Assembly (NCBI RefSeq): GCF_009914755.1
Contig: NC_060926.1
Direction: 5' to 3' (one strand)
Source of the DNA: the human T2T-CHM13v2.0 reference genome, Homo sapiens
DNA: 64,000 bases
In this document: piece after piece, positions 37,318 to 52,765 of the stretch
How the letters are laid out: the number at the start of each line of letters is the position of its first letter
Numbering within the stretch: position 1 is the stretch's first letter
Translations under genes and position numbers: made by a program
Notes under the pieces: generated by a model
The model's input: the letters and a program-made list of their open reading frames with translations, nothing else
The model's database searches: none
What the model was told of the DNA's origin: nothing

Positions 37318-37323
37318 AGTAAA
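37318..37323 (+). terminator. Probable D2HGDH poly(A) signal (variant AGTAAA)
   Basis: No AATAAA seen in the GC-rich 3' UTR; AGTAAA is followed about 20 nt later by the U-rich tract cttctctttgcttctgtt. Confidence 0.65.
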
Positions 37324-37796
37324 AATCTGAATTGGTTGCAACCTTCTCTTTGCTTCTGTTACTGGAAAATCATCTTTCAGAGCCCATTGTGAAGGGCCTG
37401 TGCATCCCATTCCCACAGCCCCTGGACCACTGGGGCCATAGTGTGGCCGGGCCTGACACTACTGTGACTGTCACTGTGCCTCCTGTCCCCATGCACTGTC
37501 TGGTGGCAGCTGAGCTCCCACCGGCTGCACAGGGCAGGCCTGGACATGGAACGGGCAACTCATAACCCTTGGTGGCCCTGGAGGCCCTCAGCAGCTGGGC
37601 CTGACCGAGGTGTATCCACGGGCCCCTCCTGTCCCTGTGGGTGTCGAGGACCTCGGATCCTGCTCAGAGGGGGAAACATACCTCTGACCCGCTGCCCTGC
37701 AGAGCCCGCCTGCCTAGCCAGGGCCTCTGTGTGGACAGGCCACGTCCTCCTGGTGGAGGTCCTCGGGGGATGGGTGGGGGCCTTGGTCCAGCATGA

Positions 37797-38403
<607 letters not shown>

Positions 38404-40578
38404 CGATCCAGCATGCTTTGAAGGCACAAATCAGGGGCACTTTCATGCTGGCCCAGCAGAGCCAGTGGGTCCCGCCCAATGCCTGGGCTACTTCCTGCTG
38501 TGCCTGGGGGCACCTGGGGCTGTCCTGCCTCACTGGCCAAGGCCCGGCTCTGTCCCTGGGCTCTGGCCACTGTTCTGCCATCCCAGGCTGGGTACCCATG
38601 GGCAGCCCGACAGTATCTGTTGCACAGAGCAGACCCCAGGCCCCATGGGTGCCTGACACGAAGCCCCACAGCGTGTGCCCGCGTCCCCCGAGGTCAGCCG
38701 GCGGCTCCTGCCCTTCCCTCTGACCTCTGGTTGGGGGCCGGCCATTTTTCTGCTTGTTCCTCTAGCTCTGCTACTGGGCACATGGTCCGTGCTGGGTAGG
38801 CTGCAGGCCAGGGTGAGTTGCTGACCCGCTGACCCTGGCTGTGCACCTGCCCTCCTGCCCTGGGTGGCTGCTGCTGGCCCAGGGGTGACTTGGGGGCTTT
38901 CAAGCTTCTGCCCGTGCTGGCCGCACGACCCCACGTCCCACCCTGGGTAGGGACTTGTGATTCTCAGAGCTGGGGTCCGTTGCTTTCCTAAGGACCTCCG
39001 GCCCTGGTCGTGGTCTAAATGCTCACTCCTGTTGTTGGAGAGGCCAGCCGGGTGACAGGGAAAAGCCCAGAGCCCCGGGCTTCCCGTGAGGATCTGGGCT
39101 CAGCATGGGCTGTGGGGCTGCAGAGGCCTGGCCTTGCCTGCTGAGGGACACCCGCTGGTAGTGCCTGCAGAGGGGGGAGGAGGAATTCCTCCCCCTAGTG
39201 CCCTCTGGACCCTGGGAGAGCAAGACCTCTGCATCCACACTGCCTTCCGCTGGGCCTCTGGGGACTGGGGAAGCGGACACAGTCCAGGACTGTTGGAGGA
39301 GGAAGAGGCTGCGGCTGCTCTTCCCTGGGGGTCCGGCTCCAGGAGGCTGCGGTGACCGTTGGGCCGGAGCAGGCCAGTGCCGGGCACGTCCTGCCCATGA
39401 CAGCCCTGCTGCCAGCCGTGGGCACTTGTTCCTGGAGCTCCGTGGCTGGGTCCTGCCGTCTCCGCTGCTGCCCTGCCCTGCCATGTTCACCTCCAGTTTA
39501 TCCAGCAATGGGGAGAGGGGCTTCTTAGATCCCCCTCAGGCTTTTCTTTTGTGCCTTTAGATATGTGAAATACAACACAGCCAGGCAAAGCAGGTGCCGG
39601 TGAGACACCTGGCTGGCCCGAGCTGGCCCGAAGAACTGCCTGTCTGCCATGAGGAAAACCCACACTGCGTGGTGGCTGGGAGGCCAGGAGTTTTCACAAG
39701 CCGGAAACCTGTTAGATTTCTCTACCTGACAGCAGGAAAATCTGATGAGACCCGATCGCATCCAGGCAGGCCGTGTTCTCGCAGCCCGCGGGTTAACACA
39801 GACTCCGAGTGACTCCGACGCAGGAGAACGCGGCGAATCTGCGTGAGGCAGGCCACCAGCCTTGGTGCCCCGGAGACAGCTCCCCCAACGGCCATGTGAC
39901 GGCGTTGAGTGTCCGTGGTCAGGTGTGTGTAAGAGACGCGCAGAGAATTCCACGCCGTCCCAACCTCCCAGCCGGAGGCTCTGACGAGGCCTGCAGCCAC
40001 GCGGAAAGAGCAATGAGGAGCACGTGTGTGGGGAGGAAGGCGGGTTCTGGCCCCGTTCCTTCCGCAGCAGCTCCGGCCTGGCGGGTTCTGACGGAATTCT
40101 GCAGCGGCTCCAGCCAGGGTCGTCGGGGCGGGGTGGGTGCTCAGGGGCGGCCTTTGTGTTCGGATTAGAAGCTGGTGATTGTCACATTAAGACCTCTAAG
40201 CTGCTGCAATCTGAGAAGATGTTACACAACCAGGGCCCCTGAGCTGAGGCCAAGGAGGGGGCCAGGAGAGTGGCGGGAGGGGCCCCAGGCAGGGCCAGAG
40301 CTGCCTGTGTACAGCAGGGGAGAGGGGAGAAGGGGTGGGCCGGGTGGTCTCAGCCCCAGGGAGAGTGGAGTGCCCGCCCCTCCCCTCCCCCAGGACGGCT
40401 GGCCCCTGGGAGAGCCCCTGGGGGAGCCAGTTTCCTGTAAGCAGAAGGGCAAGTGGTTGGGACCCAGAGGTGTCTGACAGTTGTGGACTTAGAGCCCAGA
40501 GGAAGGGTTTGGGGTTTGGGGCTCCTGGGACGCCGCAGGCCCCTGAGGACGTCCATCAGGATCCTGGCAGTGTGGAGG

Positions 40579-41203
40579 TGTAGGGTCCAGCCCTACGGGG
40601 CTTAGCGGGTGTTTTCCCTGTGTGTGGAGATGAGGGATTGTAATAAATAAAGACACAAGATAAAGAGAGAAAGAGAAAGCAGCTGGGCTCTGGGGACCAC
40701 TACCATCAAGACGCGGGGACCGGTAGTGGTCCCAGAGGGCTAGGCCCACTGATATTTATTGCATACAAGACAAGGGGGCAGGGTAAGGAGGGTGAATCTT
40801 CTCAGTGATTGACAAGGTGAAGTAAGTCATGTGATTACAGGATAGGGGGCCCTTCCCTTTTAGGTAGCCGAAGCAGAGACGGAAGGCAGCAAACGTCAGC
40901 ATTTTCTTCTCTGCACTTATAAGAAAGATCAAAGACTTTAAGACTTTCACTATTTGTTTTACCGCTATCTGCTACGAACTTCAAAGAGGAACCAGGAGTA
41001 CAGGAGGAGTATGAAATGCAACAAAGAGTAATATTAAAAGCTAATGATTAATAATGTTTATAATAATGATTGATAATTGTCCATGATCATCTCTATATCT
41101 AATTTGTATTATGACTAATCTTATTCCAACTATTTTCTTTATTATACTGAAACAGTTTGTGCCTTCAGTCTCTTGCCTCGGCACCTAGGTACTTTCGCCC
41201 ACA
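40579..41203 (-). mobile_element. LTR13A-like solo LTR with internal deletion (625 bp)
   Basis: TG...CA termini; 6-bp TSD tggagg at 40573-40578 and 41204-41209; homologous to 2094-3081. Confidence 0.85.
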
Positions 41204-41544
41204 TGGAGGCAGAGGTGACAGGCGTACAGGGCAGTGTGTCTGGACCCAGATGGCAGGCACGTTAACGACCAGTGACCAGGGCTCTGCCCACCTGGCCCGG
41301 CGCGTTGGCCCCCCAGCGATGTGGCTTCACGCCGGCTGCTTTCCTGAGCGCTCGGGGTTTAGGTCCTGTTCTGCTGCCTCTGAGCACCTGTGACCTGAAA
41401 AGGCCCTACCCTCGGCCTGGGTCCCTTGGGGTGCCACTGACCTTCTGGGACCCTGAAGCTGCCTGTGTGGTAGGCGTGTCCACCCCCACACCCACCCAAA
41501 CGATGCAGAGGAGTGAAAAATGATTCCTCGAGGAGCTGGTCCAG

Positions 41545-41848
41545 GGCCGGGCGCGGTGGCTCACACCTGGAATCCCAGCACTTTGAGAGGCCGAGGTGGG
41601 AGGATTGCTTGAGCCCAGGAGTTTGAGAAGAGCTTGGGCACACATGGTGAGACTCTGCCTCTACAAAAAATTAAACATAGCCAGGCGTGGTGGCATGCAC
41701 CTAGAGTTCCAGCTACAGGAGGCTCTTACAGGGGAGGAGGGACAAGCCTGAGCTCAGGAGGTCGAGGCTGTGGGGAGCCCCACGTGACTACACCACTGCA
41801 CTCCAGCCTGGGTGACAGAGCGAGACCCTCTCTGGAAAAATAAAAAGG
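41545..41848 (+). mobile_element. AluJ-like element
   Basis: Diverged Alu; aggagctggtc on both flanks. Confidence 0.8.
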
Positions 41849-43140
41849 AGCTGGTCAGGGAGGCCGAGAGCAAATAGCTGCTAGAATGTGGCGCTGCCTG
41901 GGACGGGGAGGGCTGGGGGCCCTTGGGGTGGACCAGGAGCCTGAGTTGAGGGTTAGGGGCAGGTGGAGGGGCTGGGAAGCTCGGGGCTGTCTTAGGAGAG
42001 CCCTCCTGACACCTAGGCCCTGGGCCGGGTTCCTCCTGGTGGAACATCACAGACCTGAGCCCTCCCACTCACTTTTCCTTGGACCCCACAGGCAAGGAGC
42101 TGGGGCGGCTGTCTGCTCCCAGGCTGAGGCCCCGGGACGGGCCCCTCCTCGCTTTGTTAGCCGGTTAGACCCAGGGCGGGCGCAAGCCCTTGGCAGTGCT
42201 CCCCAGCACTGCCCCTTGGACCTCAGGGGTGTGGGGAGGACAGACCAGGGCAGGACCCAGGAGGCCACAAGGGCTGGTGGGGGTCATGGTCCTGGCAGCC
42301 CCAGTCAAAGGCTCTGCCCTCCTGCACCCACCCCCAGAGGGGGATCCTCTCGAGGGAGCATGGGCCCTGTCTCCCCACCTGCCCTTCTGGGAGATCAAGA
42401 GTTGCTGTGAAGTTTCTAGAACAGTGCCCGGCCTGGCGGACGGGCACGGAGGTGCCTCCTGGGTGTGCCCGGGTGCGGCCTGACAGGGCTGGGGTCCTGT
42501 TGGGTTGTGGGCAGGTCCTCAGACGGCCTCCTGGCTCCTGCCTCGCCCCTCCCCACAGGCCCTGTGCCAGCGGCTGTGCAAACAGAGGCCAGGAAGCGAG
42601 GTGATGCTCCCTTTGTTTCTGGCAGAGTGTGTGGCACCTGGAGCTACCTTCCGGGTTCCATGGCCCTGGGGCCCTGGGGCCCTGGGGACAGGGAGGGAAT
42701 GGGATGCACAGCGGCCAGGGGTGTTCAGCGTCACCGGTGGAAGGGGTGAAACCTGTTCTTCCTGGTGGTGAGGGTTTGCCCCTTGACTCCGGAAAGCAGA
42801 GACCGTGGAGCAGGGCCCACTTCAAAGCACAGTGCTGGGGGCTGTGGCCTCGGCCCTCTGTGGACGTGGGCGGATGGGTGGCCCTGGACTGGTGAAGGAC
42901 TGGCCGGGAGTTCTGTAGGGCCCCCACCTCCTGCCAGCGCCCAGCCCACAGTCGACCACTGCCTGCCCGGGGCAGGAGACTTCCTTCCTGCAGCCCCGGA
43001 CCCGGGATCTGAGACCTAGAAGCTGACTCCATCCTTTGACTGCTCTGTTCTGAGCTAGGCCACCCCTGCCCCTGCCCCGAGGTGGCCCTGGGCTTGCCCG
43101 CCCGCCTGCAGTGTCGGCTGAAGAGGGTAACGTGCGTGCG

Positions 43141-43280
43141 CCCCGGCTGCTCCCGGCTGCTCCCGGCTGCTCCCCGGCTGCTCCCCGCTGCTCCCGGCTG
43201 CTCCCCGGCTGCTCCCCGGCTGCTCCCCGCTGCTCCCGGCTGCTCTCGGCTGCTCCCGGCTGCTCCCCAGCTGCTCCCCA
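43141..43280. repeat. GC-rich 10-11-bp tandem repeat (ctgctcccc/cgg), about 13 units
   Basis: Direct read. Confidence 0.9.
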
Positions 43281-45485
43281 CCGGCCTTGGGTCTGGTGGG
43301 TGTGGCCCTCCTAGTGGGACCAGGCCACACACTGGAGCACATGGGCACGGCAATGCCAATGCCGATGGAGGCGGGTTCCTGGGCATGTGGACCTGTCCCT
43401 TACTCGAAGCAGCTGAGGGGCCTCCAGCCAGCCCCGTCCGCACCCCAGGGGTTAGGGCTCTGCCATGGGGGCGTGGGCATCTGCTCTGACAAACAACGTG
43501 TGCATTTGATTGGTGTTCCTGAGTCACCGTGGACCAGGCAGGCTGCCAGAGCGGCTGATTCTTAGCGGGGAGCTGGGGCCGGGCAGACACCCTGACTCCC
43601 TGGGGCTCCCAGCAGGGCCCCACTGGCAACAGGCAGCCTCCTCCCTCTGGCCGCCGGGCCTCCGTCCCTTTCCCAGCCTGGGGCTGGGACCACCGCTCCA
43701 CACCACACTGCACTGCCCTTGTCTGCCCCAGCAGGGGGTGAAGGTGGCTGGTGGCTGAGGACCCCCTGCCCAGGCCCACACTTCTTGCTCAGGCCCCATA
43801 AGTCACTTGGGATCTGGAGAGCTGGGGACTTTGACCTGGGAGGGAGGCATCTGGTCGTGACCCTCAGGCGTGTGTAGGGAGGTGCCTGGCCGTGACCCTC
43901 AGGCGTGTGTCCCTGGCAGGTTGCTCTCCACCGGCCCCACCGTTTGTAACACATGGCTCGGCCAAGGTGATTCTGGGGTAAGGACCCATGAGGCGCCATC
44001 TTCTTTGTTCCTAGGCTGAGCCTGTGGTGCCCTGGGCAGGGTGGGTGGAGGAAGCAGCAGGGAGGCTCCTTAATGGTGGAGTGAACACCCACACGGATGT
44101 CTCTGGATAGTGGAATGCGGAGGATGCAGGGCACGCCGGTGGAGAGCTGCCCAGCCGTGCCAGCAAGGCCCCGGCATCCCTCCCACCTGCCGTTAGCACC
44201 GGGAGCTGCTCTGCTGGCCCCTCCCACAGACTCGGGCTCTGGAGGTCTACAGAGCAGCTGGGAGGGTGATGCCTAGGCGGGGGCGGAGATGCCAGGCCCC
44301 TGGGCTGCAGGTGGAGGTAAATGGGGAAGGGAGGCCGGGGGTCTCTGGGCCTTTCGCCAGCAGCCGCCCAGCCCAGGGTCTCTGATGCCAGGGAGGTCCA
44401 TGTGTGCTCGGCCCCTCCTCTGAGCCCCTCAGCCCAGCCTTGTTTCTGCCTCCATGGCTATGGGGCCTGCACCCATCCGAGCCAGGCACTGGCTAGGGCA
44501 GGGAGGCTGCCTTGGGCTGGGGCCAGTCCCGGAATCCAGGCTCAGCTGGCACCGACAGGGAGGGGTTGTGGGAAGGTGACCAGCCGTGTGGAGAGCTTGG
44601 CGTCGGAGGGCATGGTGGGCACCAGCGCTGGTGGGATGTGGCGAGGGTGGTGGTGACTCATGGCGCGTGGCCCGTAGCTCTGAGGAGCATTTGCGTTTTC
44701 CTGTGGATTCACTGTAGCGCCTGGTCACAATGTTGCAGCATTTCCCTGGCTGCTTGTCTCGGAATTAATATCTATTTCCTGAAAAGAGAAATGAACTTTC
44801 TTGCAGTAAAATCTAAACAAATATTTATATTTATTTTCCACCTCCATGTCCTGTTTCAAACTTATTGTCCAGCCCAAGATTTTAAAAAGTCAGATTTTCT
44901 TTTGGTGTGAAGCAGGCTCAGGAGGAGGAGGAGGGGGAGGAAGAAGAGGAGGACGAGGAGGGGGAGGAAGCTGGGAATTGGGCTGAGCTTTCCTCGCTCA
45001 TCCTTGCAGTGGCCACAGGGCCCTCTGCCCTCTCGTCTGCGTCAGGTCCTGAGTTCTGAGTCCAGAAGCCGTCGCTGTGCTGTTGGAGCCCACCAAGCCC
45101 GTCCCTTGTGGGGACAGCTCCCTCCAAGCCCCCCGGGGGGATGGACACTGAGGGTGGGGCAGGGGAGCAGGGGTAGGCCCCAGGCAGGTCCTCCCAGGGC
45201 CTGGGGAACACAGGGGCCCATCGAGGGCTCCCCAGACTCCCTCAGCCAGTTCTTCCCGAGAACAGAACAGTTAAAACCAAGCCCTCCGATGGAGGTGCGG
45301 GGAGAGGGCGTGGCTCCCGTCCCAGGAGGCAGGTGAGCTTCTGGGGATTCCAGTTCACCTGCCCCACAGCCGCACCCTGCCTGTGCCTGCACCCTGGGGA
45401 GCCCAGAGCCGGCAGGGGCCGAGGCGGTGGGACCTCGGGGGAGCTCAAGCCTCGACTGTCCCCTCGCTGGAGGCCAGAGGCCAAG

Positions 45486-45514
45486 ATGATGTCCATGCTG
45501 GGCGGCTTGCAGAG
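45486..45514 (+). CDS. GAL3ST2: GAL3ST2 exon 1 coding part (galactose-3-O-sulfotransferase 2 N-terminus); no later exon recognised in the window
   Basis: aagATGATGTCCATGCTGGGCGGCTTGCAGAG|gtaagg encodes MMSMLGGLQ(R) with a strong donor; known neighbour of D2HGDH. Confidence 0.9.
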
Positions 45515-47124
45515 GTAAGGGGGGCAGTTGGACCCCCCAGGTGGACAAAGCGCTTCATCTGTGGCTATTCTGAGAGACGGACAGGAGTGGGTTTTGTTTG
45601 TCTTTCGAAGGAAGTGACTTGGATTTGGAGGCTGTTCCTACTCAGGCTTCCCTGAATTCACCTGTCTTGGCTTCGTTTCGGAAGTAGGGGGCCCCTCCTG
45701 CCCAGGCCTGGTGCTGCTTCTGGGTGTTTGGGGGTTCTGGGATGTGGGGCCCAGTGAGAAAGCTGCCCCCCAACACTGTGGCGTGGAGACGCTCGAGTGT
45801 CCGCGTGACGGCTGGGGAGGGTGAGACCTGCTGGGCTTGGGACCTCCCAGCCTCGGTCTGCGGCTCAGGCCCATGGCTGGGCCGTGTTGGTGGGAGTGCC
45901 AGGCGCTTGCTGGAGCGTTGGTCATGCGTGCGCTTCAGGATGCTCCCGGGGCTCTGGGTGGTGACGGGGAGGCTGGGCTCTGCTGTGCTGTCTCCCTTCT
46001 GTAAACAGAGGGGAGGTGGATTTCTTCCCAGTTAGGTTTGGAGGGGTGGTGGGTGTGGCTAAGGATGCCTTGCGTTTTCCTTCTCCTGCTCGCCATCCTG
46101 TTTGGGGTGATTCCAGGGCAGTTTGAAGCCGTCCCTGCGCTGGCAGGTCCCTGCCTCCCCGGGGCGTGTGCCGCCATGAATTCAGTTACCTTCCTTTAAG
46201 GGGTGACTTAAGACCAGCTGCCAGGACACTGGCTGAGGACACCCCGTCACAGGGCTGAGAGGTGTGGGGCCGGCTGCCTGGCCTGGACCATCCTAGATGC
46301 CCCCTCCTGTGGACATTGTGACCATATTGTGAAGAAGAGGCCCAGGGGCTGGGGAATCAGGCTCACTTGATTAGCTGGTGGCCAAGCTAGGGCCCCCCTG
46401 GCTGCCCTGGGGCCCCCCGAGGTCGGCCAGGGCGGGTGTGCCTGACCCCAGCTGAGACTCTGTGGGTGAGACATGGGAGGCATTGCAGCCGAAGGCCCTC
46501 GGGGAGCCCAGGGCACAGGCTCCTCAGCTGCTGGTCTCACTGCCTGGCAGGATGGGCTCACTGCAGCAGCCCATGCAGGCTGCACGTCCCACACTAAGGC
46601 CAGGGAGCTTTGGCTCCGGGTGTCCCAGGCTTCATTGAGCACGGCCTGCAGGAGGGAAGCCCCGAGTCACTTCCCCACAGCCCTGGACAGCAGCCTTCCT
46701 GAGCCTCGCATTTATTTTCCTGGGGTTGGGCAAGTGTGGGAGGCTCACCTCGCTTGTGTCAGCTTGCTTGGCCTGTGGGTGGAACAAATCAACAGCCCTG
46801 GGGACAAAGGGGACGGTAGTGTGTGGTGCCACTGGCACCCACCTGGGTGATTCAAGGAGCTGCCCAGAACAGAGGAGAGACTTTGCCTGCGCTAGTGAGG
46901 CCTAGTCTTGACCACCGGCCACGGGAAATCCAGGCCGCCGGGCAAAGTGCTCACTTGGATGCTTGCTGATCTTTTGTTTTGCTGGTGATGATTCAGGCAC
47001 AAAACTCTGAGCTATGGCACTTGGGGGTGTTGCCTCCCTGGGGTGTGGCCAGGTATCTTTGGGGAGGAGGGGACTCATGATCAGAGAAGATGTGGTACAG
47101 AGCCCATGGGGGTCACCATGCCGG

Positions 47125-47595
47125 TGTGAACCCCCAAAATCTGAGACAGGTCTCGGTTAATTTAGAAAGCTTACTTTGCCAAGGGTGAGGACGTGCACCC
47201 ATGACCCAGCCTCAGGAGGTCCTGATGACGTGTGCCCAAGGTGGTCAGGGCACAGTCTGGCTTTATACATTGTAGGGAGACATGAGACATCAGTCCGCAT
47301 ATGCAGGACGAACATTGGTTCGGTCTGGAGAGGCAGGACGGCTCGAAGCAAAGGCAGGAAGACTCCAAGTGGGGAGGGGACTTCCAGGTCACAGGCAGGT
47401 AAGAGACAAATGGTTGCATTCTTTTGAGTTTCTGATGAGCCTCTCCAAAGGAGGCAGTCAGATACGCATTTATCTCAGTGAGCAGAGGGGAGACTTTGAA
47501 TACAATGGGGGGCAGGTTTGCCCTGAGCAGTTCCCAGCTAGACTCCTCCCTTTAGCTTGTAGTGATCTGGGGGCTCAAGATCTTTTCCTTTCACA
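47125..47595 (-). mobile_element. MER4A1-like LTR (outer left)
   Basis: Reverse strand reads TGTGAAAGGAAAA...GGGGTTCACA. Confidence 0.88.
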
Positions 47596-47701
47596 TTTCC
47601 CCCCATTTTCTCTTTAAAATCTTGGAGAAAGCTCTCCAAGATTTTAGAAGAAAATGAGTCTCTGGTCCCAGGTTTTGTCTTATCTCTCATGGCTAGGATA
47701 G

Positions 47702-47965
<264 letters not shown>

Positions 47966-48402
47966 TAGCCAGGATGGTCTCCATCTCCTGACCTCGTGAT
48001 CCGCCGGCCTTGGCCTCCCAAAGTGCTGGGATTACAGGCGTGAGCCACCGTGCCCGGCCCTGGGAAGTTCATTTTTTAGCAGGTTGTGAAGTGTCAAGTC
48101 CTAGGAAGACAAAATAGGAGAAGGAAGGAGAAAAACAACAACAAAGAAAAGAGCAATCCTGGAAAATCGATACAGGCCACACTACTCTGAAGTCCAAACA
48201 TCAGTAGGCAAACATGAAAGTGGCTTATGTGGCCGGGCGCGGTGGCTCACACCTGTAATCCCAGCACTTTGGGAGGCCGAGGCGGGCGGATCACCTGAGA
48301 TCAGGAGTTTGAGAACAGCCTGACCAACATGGAGAAACCCCGTCTCTACTAAAAAATACAAAATTAGCCGGGCATGGTGGTGCATGCCTGTAATCCCAGT
48401 TA

Positions 48403-48531
<129 letters not shown>

Positions 48532-48784
48532 TTATGTATGTAAATAGATTGCTGTTATTTTCTTCTGAAGTTTAAGTTGTCTAGCTTATTCCAAATTAGG
48601 AAAAATGGGAAAAAAAGAAAAAAATGCAAACATTATTTTGAAGACTTGTAGCCAAGAAAAATTAGAATTCAGTCCAAACTGCAGAAAATAGTAAAAATTG
48701 AAAAACATTAGGCAAGACTAGAATCTAACAACAGGTGTACTATAGTTTTTGAAAGATAATTTTTTGGTTGGGTGTGGTGGCTCA

Positions 48785-49117
<333 letters not shown>

Positions 49118-50798
49118 TCATGGTAGGACTGGTTTGCTTTATTATGCTTGGCCTAATTATTTGTATACAGTGCAGCAAGAATAATTACTTTTTACATAGG
49201 CTTTTAAATTGGCTTTGATGGAACATTGATCCATAGGAGGAATCTCAGATAAGACTTTTTTAAAGCTGAGCCCAGCCACGAATTTGTGCCATTAAATATC
49301 TGTGAGTTGGGTGATCCTCTCCTCTTGAGGATCCAAGATAAACTTGGGGCTCCTGGACATGTCAGAAAGTGATATTCTTTACTTGCCACAGGTCAGGAAC
49401 CCTGTTCGGGGACTCTGTAGACAAAAGTATGAGGCCAGTTTTTCCAAGGGGCATTTATTGGGTCCGTAAGTCAAGTTTGATTCCTTAAAGGAAAGCTCAC
49501 CGTTCCAGTCAGTCTTGGTAAAATAACCAGTTTCTCCAATTGTGTCATGTTACAAATGAAAACAGATTCTTATTGCACTTATGCAAATAACTGTATTGTC
49601 ATAAATTAAGAATGCTCACAGATAGTTTCCAAATTCTGGATAAATCAGGTAGAGAGAAACAAATATGCTTGAAATTTTGTTCACAGGAGTATACTTTACT
49701 CAATTCTTAAAAGCTGTAATAACTTAAAAGTTTTCTTAACTCTAAAAAACAAAACAAAGGATCAGCAATGTTTTACGAAAAACGTTAAAAAGATTACTTT
49801 AGTCTTCTGTCAGTTCAGTTTACACAGTTAACTCCTGTTCTGCTTGATATTCATGAACATTTCAGCTCTCCATGAGAGTCCTGAAAATTTTTTCCTCTAT
49901 TCTGATGACACAGTCTCCAACGTTATCAGAACCCTGTATTTAAGAACACCTGTTAGAGTTCTATAGCTGATTATAAAACCACCGTAAAGAGGACCAAAAC
50001 AAGACAACAATTGCCTGTGGATGATAAAAAGTTTTAGGACAGCCATAGTCAAAGACACAATTGACAAGGAAATTTGTTACCTTTGTGGCACAGTATAATT
50101 TAACATAAGAATTATAAATATTATTGATAACATACATTAAATTATATCAGAATTATAGGAGTTTCCCATAATTTTGGTACACATACCAATAACATATTTA
50201 TACAAATACAGCCTAAAGAAAACCAAATACCATTTCATACTTGACAATGCTTCCTGTATAACTTTTATACCAAATAAGCCAAACTATGTCGTTTTTGGAC
50301 TTTAGCAAACCTAATGTCTTAAAGGATTAATTAGGTCAGAAAAAGACGTAATTTATAATTTGATTTTGGAAAGTTTGTCAAGTATCAAAGGTTTAAAACA
50401 CTTTATATCACAAAACAGGATCATTCATTTAACCAAGGTGGTAACTCAAGGATTTCAAAAAAGGCAAAAGCCTTCATTCTTTGAGAGAGGTGACTTAGTG
50501 TTCCAAACAATAAGCCCTAATAAAAACAGCATGAAGCCAATTTAATTTGCTTTTCAAAATTTTATAAATGATCTATAACATTTTAATCTTGATCATAAGA
50601 TACAACTTCCATAAGCCTTTGTAACTTTTATTTAGGAGTTGGTTGATGCTTCAAGAAAACCTTGTTAATCTGGCACAGGCCCATATGCTGGTCTTGCATC
50701 AGTGTGTCTTTGACGTTAATGATTAATTTATAGAGAAACAACTTATTTTATCTCTCAAAATCAGCCCTTATAATCTCACAAGCCTACCTCTTCTGTGA

Positions 50799-51165
<367 letters not shown>

Positions 51166-51381
51166 TAGCTTTAATTTCTGACTCTGTGTTTCAATAATGC
51201 AGTTTATTTTGATTGGCATCTTCTACTGGGGCTTTAATTGCTGTCAGTGTTTAAAATATAGCAGGACTTGGTGTCCTTTTTACACCCAGGAGTCAATGTC
51301 CTGTAATTCAGTGTCACAAGTACTTTAAAAGTGCATACAGAGAGATACGTGGATGGAATAACCTTAATTTAAAAATGTTTA

Positions 51382-51516
<135 letters not shown>

Positions 51517-51555
51517 TTAGCTTCGTATGGTGGTGGGTGCCTGTAATCCTAGCTA

Positions 51556-51693
<138 letters not shown>

Positions 51694-52259
51694 TTAATCT
51701 CAATTTTTTTTCCTAAGGAAACCAAAACTTAATAATAATATGACAACTTGATCATATAAAAGTTTTTGTGTTTGTTTTTTTAAATATAATTCCTCTTATT
51801 GTGACTTACATAAACCATTCATTACATGTTTGGATTTTCTCGTTTGTCCTGAACTTCCCTGCATCTTAAACAACCAGTCATTTTACTCTAGGACTAAATT
51901 TACCATACAAGATTCTTTCTAATATGAAATTATTTCCCTTTAAGCTTTCTTACCAAAAAATCCTCTGTATTGTTATAACTTTCTATCTTGTTTCGTACAT
52001 AAACTTTAAGCTTTGAATTAGACAAAAATTATTCACCTTTTTAAAAGGATACCATTTTTTTTAGCAAGAATGTTTTCCTTCAATATATTTTTATTGGAAA
52101 ATATCCAAATATGAAATATCTATTATCTAATTTAATATAACTTTAGATTCTAAATTATGACGTTTGTCTGCAAGTATTTATTCTAATACATTTACCTAAT
52201 TATTTTATTTTAATCATTTACTTATTTATGAAAACTGTGATATTCATCATTTAACGTTA

Positions 52260-52520
52260 TGAAACTGCTCTTGCAAAATTATAACTGAGACAGTAAAAAA
52301 CATCTGCCCTAACTGACTCCTTGTTGCTTCTAACCTCCAGGCCATCCTTGTTCATTCCTGGTTGGAGGCTGAACTAACTTTGGGAGGAACGAACTTAGTT
52401 TATAGTTTAGTTTTGAAACAAAAATGATAAGAGCCCTTTCCCAAAACAAACCTCCTTACTGCCTGTGGACTAGACTGTCTAAAGCCACAGGATTAGAATT
52501 TATGGTAATCTTACTAAATT
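52260..52520 (+). mobile_element. LTR8-like segment within the MER4 internal sequence
   Basis: tgaaactgctcttgcaaaattataactgag resembles the LTR8 5' end. Confidence 0.45.
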
Positions 52521-52530
52521 CAAGCTGTAG

Positions 52531-52765
<235 letters not shown>

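Noticed and set aside
42223-43779. 518-aa minus-strand ORF
   Set aside because: GC-rich, stop-poor DNA including the ctgctccccgg repeat; low-complexity translation with no recognisable domain
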